A program made the translations under genes and the position numbers. A model generated the notes under the pieces. It saw only the letters and a list, made by a program, of their open reading frames with translations, ran no database searches and was not told the DNA's origin. A stretch of 55,270 bases of DNA, counting the filler, from Bipalium vagum (Eukaryota): the NCBI GenBank assembly GCA_037834085.1. It is 3 parts of 3 records of this genome, joined end to end, with 100 filler letters (N's around TTAATTAATTAA, not from the genome) between each part and the next. Parts side by side here need not be neighbours in the genome. Positions count along the whole stretch, not along the records: positions 1 to 16,145 come from JBBMKC010125181.1; positions 16,246 to 34,779 come from JBBMKC010026130.1; 1 more part is not named here. One strand, 5' to 3'. Shown piece after piece: positions 12,820 through 25,500 of the stretch; within the stretch, counting starts at the first letter, position 1, and each line of letters opens with the position of its first letter.

Positions 12820-14119
12820 TTAAATGAATTTAAAAATTCTTTTTATTAAAATTAAATATTTTCCTTTATTTTAATTTCGGAACAGTTTTCCATATGAGTC
12901 TGATAAATTTTAAAAATATTTATATTTTTTAAATAAATTTAAAATAATTTAATTTAATTCATTAAAAAATGCAGATTTTTAAATTTTGACGATTAATTAT
13001 ATCTTATTAAATATTAACCATTATATATCATTATATTTAATTATTTATTTTAAATGCTAAAATCGTAATACTGGCCAACTTTACTTTTAGTGATTACATT
13101 TCTGCTGAGACTCTGTGAAATCAAATAAAATATTAAACAAAAAATATTAAATAAAACCCTTAACAAATACACGGTGTACGTATAAATAGACACAGCTTGG
13201 CAGCCAAGAATATGTTTGAAAGATAACGCCTGTGGCACTTTTACAATAATCAAAAAGAGTCAGTCGAGGGTATAGTGGAAGTTCATTTATTAGCAGAGAT
13301 TGCACAGGAATAATAAATCTCTAAATGAAGAAAAGTGTAAAAGTGAAGAAGTTTAACAATTAGTTGCGGGAAGAGCTTAATCAAAATCTATAACATAAGC
13401 ACTTAAAGGCTGTGTCTACCTTTCTTACATTCCAAAAGTGATCAAATTTTCTCTTCAAATTTTAATGGACAACATTGTACTTAGCTAAAAGGTTCCTCAA
13501 TATAATATGAAACAAAAGAGAATCGTGAGGACTTTTTCGTTGGATGTAAGTTGATGCTTTAGGGCATTCTGAGGTGACAAATTGTTCGAACAATTTCGTA
13601 GTTCTAAAATGTTACAGTTAAACTTGAAGAGCCCTGTATTATTTTTGATCCAATCTAGTAATAATTGAAATAAGTAAACATTATAAAAATGTGTAAGATG
13701 GAGTGTCTCCACTTTATAAATTGACGTGTTCATGCATCAGACTAAAGCGTTTATTACGCTTAAAAATTATACAACAAAAACAATAATGATTATACAGGTG
13801 AAGCTTTTTAAATGTCATTTTATATGCACTCCAAAAATATTTTGAAACATTTATCTAGCTACAAAAAAATCAACATAAAATATAACACATGACAGAAGCA
13901 AGACCTGCCTACCATTGGGTCGACAATGGATCCTTGTTACGATGCCTGCATTAAAAAGTGTGAAATATATCGGTTACTGTTAAAACAAAATAAGGTTCAT
14001 AACATTGAAACCTTGATGATTGACAATAATAGTAATATATTGATATAAAATAATTTATTTATTACCAAGTCAGGTATTATGAAGATAGAGATCAATTTCA
14101 AAAACTAACATTTATCATA

Positions 14120-15068
14120 TGTAGGTCAGTCGAAAAGTTTCGGGAATGACACGAAAACATCATTTATTTAGTATAATAATTAACATTATTGTTTTTAGAA
14201 GTATTCACCGTCAAAATATATTTAATTTTGCATTCTGTAAAACCAGTCATTGAAACATTTCTTCCAATCCTAAGTTGGTATGTCCAAAACATGCGATTTG
14301 AACGCTTGTTCGGGACATGAAAACCGCAACTCACGCAATTTTTTTGGAACAAAATGTGTATAAGCCAACAGAACTATGAGATGAATGGCTTAATAATGTT
14401 TTGAGTCCTCAAAAAATAGATTGTTTTATGGTCTGTTTCGGAAGTGGCATTATCATGATGAAGCATAAAGGGGTCGTTTCGAGCTGTTTTTTCCATTCTT
14501 TAAGGACTTCAGGCAAGTAAACTGTGGTATACCAATTTGAAGTAACTGTGCGACAAGCATTTCAATAGAATAGGTGATTTTTCTCCCTGAAACATCCATA
14601 CAGTTAAATACTGCTTTGTTTCGGTCTCATATGAGTATATCCATGATTCATCGCCACTAACGACACTGTTAACATGTTTTGTGGTTCCCTGCTTAAATTT
14701 ATTGACCACAGGTTTTTACCAATTACCGGGATCTCATTTTTGAGCAATTGTAAGAATATGCGGTATCGAAGAAGGACATAGCTTTCTGACACCCAACTGT
14801 TCATTGAAGTCCGAGATATGTCTGAGATATCTCTGAATTTTATCATATGTTGTCCTAAGATCTTCTTTAATTAATTTCCAAAGAACTTCAAAATTTTCAT
14901 CGGATATATCTGTTCTTGGACCACATTCTCTGAAATTATGAGCCAAAGAGACGTGTCAAAAACCTAAATTCGTGAAACCATCGATACAGTGTGTTTTATG
15001 ATTATTTTTTTCGTTTTTTACTAAACTTTTCCATATTCTTCATTCTCGAAATTTTTCGACTGTCGTCG
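14120..15068 (-). mobile_element. Degenerate, internally deleted mariner
   Basis: Imperfect TIRs CAGTCGAAAA(G/A)TTTCG(G/A)GAATG with TA; motifs SSIPHILT, VSGDESWIY, LHHDNA. Confidence 0.85.
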
Positions 15069-16145
15069 TAACATTCAAATTAAATTTTTTGATAATTTTT
15101 TCAGTTTTAATATTTATATTTTAAGGCACCTTACTTTTTAAATATACTTTTAAATGAAGTTTAGACGATTATTTCAATTATTTTCCAAAAACAATCAATT
15201 TTTCCTAAGGTATTCTTCAAGGCGTCTTTTCAGTCTATAAGTTTTTTTGACAAGATTATTTTTTAGACAGTAATTTTAGCTCAAGAATTGAGGAACCCTC
15301 TTCGAAATTGATTTATATGTTTTTAACAAAATAATTGAATTATATATTTTATTTAACTTTGTTTCTTATACCATTTAATATCTATAAACTACATCTATAT
15401 ATGTTCGTGTAATGATTTTCATTGGTTGTTCTGGTGCTATGTCCATTTTAGGAATTAAAACATTAAAAAATTCTAAAAATAGATAAGTTCACATTAATTT
15501 GCACAATATTGTAAATTTAACATCTTGCGAACTTCAGAGTAACTGTAAAAATAATTCAGAACAGGACAATAAAAAACAATAATTGCTAAAAAAATATTAG
15601 TTACTTAAAGAAATACTTCTTTGTATCTGTTTTATTTAGTAAAATTGAATGAAGACAATCGAAACCAGCAAAACAAATCAATAAAATGGATAAATTAAGC
15701 AAATCTTTATAATTTTCGTGTACTATTTTTCTTAGCCCTATCACAATATTAGTGTTCAATAATAAATTATATCAATTTAAGATTTTATTAAAAAAAACCT
15801 AATATTTTCATTGCTATTAGATTGTTCATATGTTTGATATTTTAATAGAAATTTTTTAAAGCGTACATTCATTTCGTTATGTGTACTATAATCTTTGTTG
15901 AGTACCTTAATGCCCTTCATAAAACCTAAGTATCAGTATAGTTAATTTTCAGTAGTTAATTTTTAATTTTGACCAATTTCAGAATTTAAACAAATTAAGG
16001 AAATTATAAGCCATATTTCTGTGGATTTTGATAAAAATCAAAACTTTATTTATCGCTTTTAAATTACTTAATAAAAATAAAAATTTTAGTTAAATATAAT
16101 TCGTATATTTAAAAATTTTTATATTTCCTCTTTCATCTTCTTCCT

Positions 16146-16245
16146 NNNNNNNNNNNNNNNNNNNNNNNNNNNNNNNNNNNNNNNNNNNNTTAATTAATTA
16201 ANNNNNNNNNNNNNNNNNNNNNNNNNNNNNNNNNNNNNNNNNNNN
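16146..16245. other. Artificial scaffold linker 44N-TTAATTAATTAA-44N
   Basis: Exactly 100 bp; the central palindrome gives stops in all six frames; identical copy at 34780-34879. Confidence 0.95.
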
Positions 16246-17922
16246 AAAAATCGATTTTGACTGATTTTTATAAAATAATAAATAAAACGATAATTAAATA
16301 ATAGTAAATAATAAACAAAAAGAAAGTGAAATATCATAATAAATAAGATAAGGTATAGTAATAACATGTATGAATATTAGTATTAGTATTGATCATATTT
16401 ATTTATTTATATGTCGAAATTATTAATTATATTAAAAAAATAATAAGGCAACATTAAGTTACCATTAATAGAAAACCAATAAAAACTTTTATTTTAAAAA
16501 AGGAAAAAATGCTAAAAATAGAAAGAAAGATATTATATACAGAATTATATTAAGAAAGAGAAACTTACTAATTATGGAAAAGGAGGAAAAAAGTGTATAA
16601 AAGCAAACAGAAATTACAGGATAAACAGAAACAAAAAAATTTATATAACAGATTGTACGAGGAGAACAAACGGACGTAAACGAATAGACAGACCAAGAAA
16701 CCACGGCTTAATCAGTGCTCTAACCAATCTACGGATTAAGGTCAAACAGCGGAACAGATCAAATTCTAACAAAGCAGAGAATAAACCTACAACTTATATT
16801 CTACCGTTACGAAAAACTTGTCAACGCCACCACGACGAAAATGATAATAATAAATATCTCTAACGAGTCAGTCAAGAAAAAAGATTAAAGAACTGCAACA
16901 ACACTTAAGACAGGACAATTACAACATTCCAGACACGTAACAAGGCAAACCAGAACTTTCAATTCCGGAAATAAAAGGAACCTTCAAGTAGACAAATATA
17001 TACCATTTTTGTTTAATTGAGAAAGTAAAATTTTATATTTAAGAACTTGTTACATCATTGTAACAAAGTTTTATTATATTAATAAATTTTTATAACTTCT
17101 AATATTGTTATTCTATTATTGTCATTAGTTGTAAGTGTTTTAAACCTTGATAACGATTTGAAAGAGCTAAATAAAAGAATTTGATTTTTATCATTAAGTA
17201 AATCTTATTGACACTTGTTACATTCTTGTAACAAAGTTCTAGTATAAAGTTTATACATATATTAATAATATAATATAAAACTATCTTGGAACCAAAGCTT
17301 CACAAGAATAGTATCGATCTTTAATAAGCGTTTATAATTGTTATTTCATTCCTTTATTAAACAGGTGTGTCTTGTTAGACAAGACAGTTTGTAATAATTA
17401 AATAATTAAATACTCAAGGCCAGGACCTGAGGATCATTTAACTTTTTTCAGTTCCTATTTCTTATTACCTTTTTCGTTTATTTGTTGTTACTTCGCACAC
17501 TAAGTAGGATAGTGAAGTATATTTTTTCTTCTTTTACTGAGGACCTCTGAGCCTAAGAGCGAGAGGATTTTTTCTAAATAATAATAATTATAAGTAATAA
17601 AATCACTTTAAAGCCCTTAAATCAGTCAGAACCGATATCATGTAATTGTAACTTTATTTTGAATAAACTAAAAGTATTTAAAAGTCAAGCGTTTTCTTAG
17701 TCATTTCAACCGAACACACTTATAAACAACCTTCAACCGTTAAGACCTATGTAATAGCAAGCTCCACCTTTAACATCAACTCACGTTATCTTAACACGTT
17801 ATTAATGAATATGTAATATTTAAAATAATAATCTTCAAAGCTTTTTGCTTAAACTTGCTTCAATTTTTAAGAAACTTAACAATCATATAAAATAATTGAT
17901 TTAATAATTTATATTTGTAGTA

Positions 17923-18065
17923 CAGGGGTCCGCAAAAAAACTTTGTTTTTACAAAATGAAGCAAATGGTGATTACATTTAATTTTACCAATTTTGAGTTG
18001 TATGTTTCATGTTTTTGTAGTATAATAAATAATTTAGTAAAACGAAGTTTTTTTGCAGACCCCTA
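17923..18065. mobile_element. 143-bp Tc1/mariner-type MITE
   Basis: TA-CAGGGGTCCGCAAAAAAACTT ... AAGTTTTTTTGCAGACCCCTA-TA, 21-bp TIR with 2 mismatches. Confidence 0.85.
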
Positions 18066-19427
18066 TATAAAAACATAAAATAGTACAAGTTTAAAAGATA
18101 ACCTAAATTAATAAAATAAAAGTAAACACTAACAAGGAAATAAATAGATAAAAAATAATATCAGATCAGTGATTAGTTCTCAATTCGGGGAATCTGACAA
18201 ATTTTATTAATATTTATATGAAATTCACAATGAAATTATAATATACAGAGTCGTTATCAACAATTTTTTTACAAATTAGAGCTATAGAAAAATAAGTTGT
18301 CACAGGAACGATTCGTTAATTGGGTTCGTTTTCATTTATGATGAAAAATTTCTTATAATAATTCAAGAAGTTGTTTGATATCCTAAAAGTTGAAAACAAT
18401 TATAAAATTTAACAATAACTATAAATTTTTAAATGTTCTAAATATATTAAAATTGCAGAAATTTCAATTCTGAACAAGACCAAATATTAAATATCACAAA
18501 ATAAAATAGTAAGTCATTTCAAAATTTCTTTCATTTAAATTTTTAAAAATATATAATTATAAAAATAACTTCTTTTAAAGAGGGACAAAATATCAATCAA
18601 TTTAAAAGTTGGAATATTTTACTTACTCATAGTCAATGTAAAATTTTCTTATATTATTTAAAGTCTTTAATATTCTTTTTGAAAATAAAATAAGTTCCAT
18701 ATTTCTATGTTGGATGAAAAGTAAATAATGAAGCAACATCTTTAAAACAGGGTAAAACAAAATATTTCTATATTCATATTTCAACATAATAGATTTAACA
18801 TTTTGTTTGAATCAATCATTTTATTATTGTTTATCAACGGTGTAAATATTAGATTTATGATTTATTATTTTTAGTATGGAAAAATTCGAGTATTGCGCAG
18901 CTAAAAATTTTTTATTTGATAAGGATTAACTTATAGCAGGAATTGTCAGTAAAATGTTTAAGATATTAGACGAAATTGTACCTTCATTTTCGTACTTTCC
19001 GGAATCGTACTTCAAAAATGGCATAGAAATATGGAAGAACTTGACTAATTGTGCTTAAATTTTAGAAGACTATATTCAATAATAAAAAACAATTTTTATT
19101 AAAAAATTCATGTTTCATTTTGGCTTCTATAACTTTATACGAAACCTCTATATAAAAATAATTTAAGATAACTAAATATCAGAAACTACTAAAATAATTT
19201 TAATATCAGATTTTTTAAATATTATCAAAAAAGTTAAATCATTAGGAGATATACCAAAATAAAATAATTTAGATAATAATATTCAATATTTACTAGTCGA
19301 TATATTTTAGCGATATTAAAGGAATGAAAAACCAAAATGTCTTTCACCCAAATCGTACATTTTTTTGAAAAATATATTATCTAAGATATAGGAATCTAAG
19401 AAATAAATATTTATATTATAGATACTA

Positions 19428-19589
19428 TCAATACATGAAAAAATACTTTCTGTTAGTTTCTGAAATATCTTCTAGAATACTATTTTCCTGATTCTCTCGC
19501 ACAACAATTCTTTCTTTAACAGCCGTTTCTGTTACCATATCTAATGTTTTACCTTTGTCTAATTCTTTTACTATTTCTTCTTCAGGTTT
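19428..19589 (-). CDS. CACNA1: Probable terminal exon of the Cav1-like gene (acidic tail, TGA)
   Basis: In-phase cag acceptor; [53 protein letters not shown]. No recognisable homology. A possible 51-nt intron 19396-19446 would give a similarly short end (KFLYLR*). Confidence 0.6.
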   Translation of the reverse strand, partial: KPEEEIVKELDKGKTLDMVTETAVKERIVVRENQENSILEDISETNRKYFFMY

Positions 19590-22500
19590 CTGTAAACACA
19601 ATCATTAACACAATTAAAGGAAAAAGTAAATTAAATAAAATTACACCATAAAGGATAAATTGGTCAAGCGTATTTCTAGCAATTATTTGTAATAATTATG
19701 AAGTAAATAAAATTTCTTAGTAAATCATTGAAAGATAAATTAAATGAAATTCAAGTGAAAATTTATTTTAATATTTTATCTTCACATCTCTCCATAACCA
19801 ATAAAATAAAAATTGCATAAATAAACTTGTTTCAGTAATGAAATTTTGAAAAGATTTTATTTTATTTTATATATTCATAATTTTCTAATTACACAAATAA
19901 AAAATAATTTTGTTCTTTAATTTGAATTATTAGTAATAATTAATTAAAAGATGCATTCAATAAATAAAGAACAACAAATACTGATCCTTTCACGGGTTGC
20001 TCTTCTTCAACTTTTTCATTCTTTTTATCTTTATTTCTCAATTTCCACATTCTGTATTTATTTTGAATAATTAAAGTACCGTAATACTTTCCGACCGTCA
20101 CCGTACTTTTAACTAAAACAATAAATCTATCAAACTCTTATCAATAAAATAATCAATATGTTTTAGGAGGAATGGTTTACAAAAATTGGAATTAGATATC
20201 AATCTTAAAATAGTGTGAGGAAAAAATTATTTCATTTCAACAATAAATGTTAAATGAATAATAGACACAATTTTAAATAAAGATTTGCTTAATCTCACAT
20301 CTCTCAATTCATTAAGTGTAATAAATTAAAATAATATAATAATAAAAAATAATATAATAATAAATAATAATAATAACTGATGAAAAAGGTATTCGTACAC
20401 TTCACTTTTTAAGACAAAATAGGTTTTTATTGTCTAAATCTTTTACGTTTTCTCACAAGTTGTAATTAGAAAAAGAACGAAAAATAAGAAAAAAACACAA
20501 AAATTTATTTATTTGAAATAGTTTTAATAAAAAGTTTTAAGACTCCTAAATTTCATTTGGAAAAAACTATTGTGCACATTTATATTTGAAAAGGAAGTGA
20601 TTTTCGGCACAAACATCGTATCTAATAATTTTTATGCAGTCCATTAGTGTAAATTATAATTTGGGGTATTCTAGGCATTGATTCTACTAAATGGTTTGTA
20701 ATTTGCGTCCACAAATTTTCTTTAGAGTTAATATCTGGTGATTTTGGCAGAGTAATCAATGTTTCTGGTCTTATATAGCAAAACTTTCTTGGTTATTTTC
20801 GCATTTTGCTTCGGACTAGTCTTATTGGAACAAGAAATGTTTTAATACCTATTTTTAAGACTTTATTAAATTGTCTTGGATTATTTTAATGTACACCAGG
20901 GAAGGCATAATACTCTTTATTATCACAAATTTTCATACACCAATCCAAAACCATATTACTATTGCTTCCATGTTTCACAGTTGGAATGATATTTTGAAGT
21001 AAAATTTCTGTCTTAGGTTTTCTTTGAAGAAATTTTTGCCCATCAGAATCAAAAATATTGTATTTATTTTCATCAGTTAATAGAACAACATACCAGAATT
21101 CCACAGGCTTCTCGGTATGAAGTTTAGAAAAGTCAATTGTCGGTTTATTTGATATATTTAGTGATTTGCTTCTTGTACCGATTTCGAGTGGTTACCGATG
21201 AAAAATAATTCCTGAAATTCAAGCGAGGTCCTCTGCAAGTTTTTGAAAACTTATTTGTGGATTTTTCATTACTCTTTAAAAAATTTTCTTTTTTTCTCTG
21301 TTATTAACTTTGGACTGCGTTATTTATTCTCATTTGCAGAAAACAAAATTTTTTTATTACACATCAAACTGTAGAATAAGATAGTATCAATTCATTTCCA
21401 ATATTGCGAAAGTTAATTTTGTTTTTAAAAAATGACACTTCAACGTTTTGTTACTTTATCCAATTCGGCTTTTTAAAAATTAAGTTGATTACAATTAAGC
21501 AAAATAGATGATTGAAACAAGTTTCATTTTGTTCAATTAAATATTTTCATTTTCAAATCAGAAACATGAATTTGTTAAAGAAAACTGTAAAAATACCTTT
21601 TTCCCAATGAAATGTATCACTTCTATTTTTTTATGAAAACTATTATGATTCAAAGTTTTTTCTAACAATTTTTTAAAAATTTCTCCTTTTCTTTGAGTTA
21701 ATCAAAAATTTAACATACTTTGATTATTACAACCTGTTTAAGTATACAAATACGTTTTCCCACACTGAATACTTCATTTTCTTACAAAAACAAGTTTCTG
21801 TGAAATGAATAAAAAGAATTAACTCTGGCAGATAGATACCCGACCCAGCATTTAATTCAGATTGTGTACTGTATGGATCTATATCAAGTAATATCGTTAG
21901 TTTTCTATCTTCAATTTTTACAATTTTTTATAATTTTTGCTACTGATATCATAATTGTATGCATTGGGGTCTTAAACATATTTTTTTGTTTGAGATTTTA
22001 GAGAATAAGAGTGTCTAGATCTTTCAAATAAATAACTTTTACAACAGATATAACATTATTCCAAATTTCAAGTGAACACCCGTTATGATTAAAAAGTGCA
22101 AATATTTTTTATATCTTCTAGAAATGTGACATCAGTTTTGAAACACTAACAGGAATAGGTTTTAATTTTTAAGAAATAAATGTATGTAAAGTATTTAAAG
22201 AAACCACTTACTGTTTCTGGGAATAAGTTGTTCGATTAGTGCTGAACTAGTCTTTGGCCATAATCTTTTGATAAGAATGCGTAATTCTTCGTTATATTCA
22301 CTTACAGACTTTGGATCTTTTGCTTTAAAATAAAGGTGTTTAGCAAAAAAATTATAAAGCTTGACTTCAAAAAATAAACATAAGAATGAATTTTACTAAG
22401 AACTTACAATTCATGAAATATAAGACGTAATATTTAAATTATTAAAAAAACTGAAATTCGAAAAATTATAATAATTCCACAAATAGCAAATAAATATCAT

Positions 22501-25500
22501 AGTTATCTGGTTTCATGAAGCCGATGTATTTTATAAGGTTTTAACTTCTCTTCCTTTAACATTCGTTGAACCAAAGTAGATGGAATATTAGTTACCAATC
22601 ATAATGTTGAAAGGCTGTCTCACCATTCATATCAGCAATTGATTATTTAATATCGATTTTATGTTCACTTGCCAAAGAATACTTTCAGTTTTCTTAAAGT
22701 TCACATATTTGGATAATGCAGAACATGTATATGAGTCCTTAAACGCCATTTTTTTGGCGTTTGATTTCCCTAGTTGTAGCTTTGAGAGTTTCCATTACCA
22801 TAAGAACATCGAGTTAAATCAATTTTCAAACCTAGATTCATATCTAAATTTAAAAGATTTTTCATCAGTTATTCATTTAAACAAAACCTGTTTTTATGAA
22901 GTTACTAAAGATAAGTAGATTTAAAAATATATTTATTTTATATAAAGTTGACAGGCAAAAAGTTAACTTCATCGGTTTTGATACAACCGATATATGTAAT
23001 ATCTGGTTTTTATCATTAAAAATTTCACGGAACCAGTCTGACATATTAGCACTTTATAAAATTTATAATCGGTGTTTATTTTAAATTATTACAAAAATTC
23101 AATGAATAAATGAACAAATTCCAAGTTTTGTCTTAATTTTAAAAAAGTATCACCAAAAACATTGCACATCATTAAAATTACCTATTGTAATAAAGATATC
23201 ACGAGGCACCAGAGTTTTTTGAAGTGGTATTCTAAATTTTAATAGAGAGAATTTTCAAGAGAGAATTCAAGGCCATCTTTGATTCGACCCTACTGTGATT
23301 ATAAAATTTGATGAAAATTTGCAAAAAGTGTGAAGTTCTTAGAAAAGTTCTATATATGTATCTTGCACACTCATTGGGAAAATCACTAAGATTCTGCATT
23401 ATAATTTAACATTTGCACGTGTTGTACTTCATTTACTGAGAGAGAATAAATAAAAGACAAAGTAATTCATTTTTGGACAAGAACCAATTAGGTAAATCAA
23501 ACGAAAAATACATTGAGAACATTGTAACTATTGACAAAGCGAAATCATTTAAAGATAGTGTCATAAAATATTTTTCTTCAAATAATTAAAGACTGAAAAT
23601 ACAATTCTTTCATAGTCGAATAAATACATCGCAAATACTTTCTTCGAATCTAGAATTTATTGAACGATTAATCACAACGATAAGTTTAAGTAATTGTCAA
23701 GGTCGATCTTATATAACAATGTTATCTCAAACAAATGAAAATAATTGAGTGAAATTTTGGTTGAAAAATATTTCCCCAATATTCAGCTAATTTGGGACAA
23801 TGTGATTTTCGCTATTGCCAAGACTTAAGAAACAAATTCCTGGTTAAAATCAGGATTGATTGATTTTTCTGAAATATTTCAGGGAATTTCTTTGTTTGAA
23901 AAATTTTGTAACAGTTTCCAAAGCTGTATTGAATTTCAAGGAATGTTTTTGGATAGCTGTACTTAAATAAATGTTCATATTTTACTATTTCTCTTTATTT
24001 CACTCCTTTCGCTCTTCCAATGGGATATTGTGTATAATACTTAAATGTATTAATATTACTTTAATCATACTTTTATGCAAAATTAAAAAGAATGAAATAA
24101 ATAAATAATATTAGACTACCTCCAAATGGTAACTTAAATCGTAAATTTCTTCTAATCAGGCTAAATAACATTGTACGAAAAAGAATGGTTCCATCTGGTT
24201 CTAATGGCATATCCATATGCATTAATTTCTGAAAATAAAGGTTTAAAATAGCCCTATTTTTGAAAGTCATAAATTACAAGGGTGGGGTGAAGAGTTCTTG
24301 ACCTAACAAGAAAGGAACACAAATTAAATAAAATAGATATTATTTTTGAAAGATGCAAGTCTTTTTAATTTAATTTCATAATTCTTTTGTAACAGTTGTT
24401 TGAGTTGAACAGTTATCGTATTTTTTCAAAAAACTGATAAAATAGAACAAGGTGTTGTAATTACGTATTTCATTTTGTACGGATTAAGTCCAACCAAAAA
24501 TGAAATACATCATTTTCAAAAATCAAAAAATAGGTAGTTGAATTTAAGCGTGTTAACGCATGAATTGAAGATGATGAATGTTCGGGAAGACCATGTTCAA
24601 CAACAAATGATAAAGTTTTGAAAAACTTCAAAGAATAGTTTCGGATGATAGTCCTATATAAGTTGATAAATTTGCTGAAATCGCAAAGATTGGTGCGCGT
24701 GTGTTGACAATTGATCAAAAGCCTCTATAAATCTATCAAAAAAATACTTTTCGATACTGCAGCTTAATTCAGTTGAATTCCTTAGGCGATTCTTTACTGT
24801 TGAAAAAACACGGGTACATCATTACACCCTTGAAACAAATCAGCAGTGAAAGCAATGGGTAGAAGGACGTTCCAGTGCACCAAAGAAGACAAAAGGTTTT
24901 CCATCAACAGAAAAAATATGACAACGTTTTTCGGGACGCAAATAGCATGATATTGATTGATTATCTGGAAAAAGGAAAAACAATTACTGGATTATATATT
25001 ATGTATCATTATCGAGCAAGTTGAATGACAATATCCAGAATAAACGTCCGCATATAGAAAAGAAAAAAGCACTTTTACATCATGACAATACATCAGTTCA
25101 TTCTTCAACAGTTTCACATGGAAACCTGTATGAAGTATTATTTGAATTGCTTCTTCATTCACCATACTCTCCGGATTTAACACCGAGATATTTCTTCTGT
25201 TTTCTAAACTTGAAAAAAAAAGGCTTTCGGAAAATAATTCAGCTCAAATCAGGTAATTCAATAGAAAATGAATGCATATTTTAAGGCTCTTGATAATTCA
25301 TAATATGCTGATGGGATTAAAAAAACTTGAATATCATTGGAAGTAATACATTGTATTTCAAGGAGACTATGTAGTAAAATAAATAAAAATTTTGTCAAAA
25401 AATTGTTCTTTCTTTATTAGGCCGAGAACTTTCAACCCAACCATCGTAGATGACAAGGCATTTTTGAACACCAATATAAATAAAATTCTTTATTAATCTT

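Noticed and set aside
16190-16201. TTAATTAATTAA islands inside N runs (also 34824-34835) as a biological motif
   Set aside because: The identical 44N-12-44N design with six-frame stops is a scaffolding linker.
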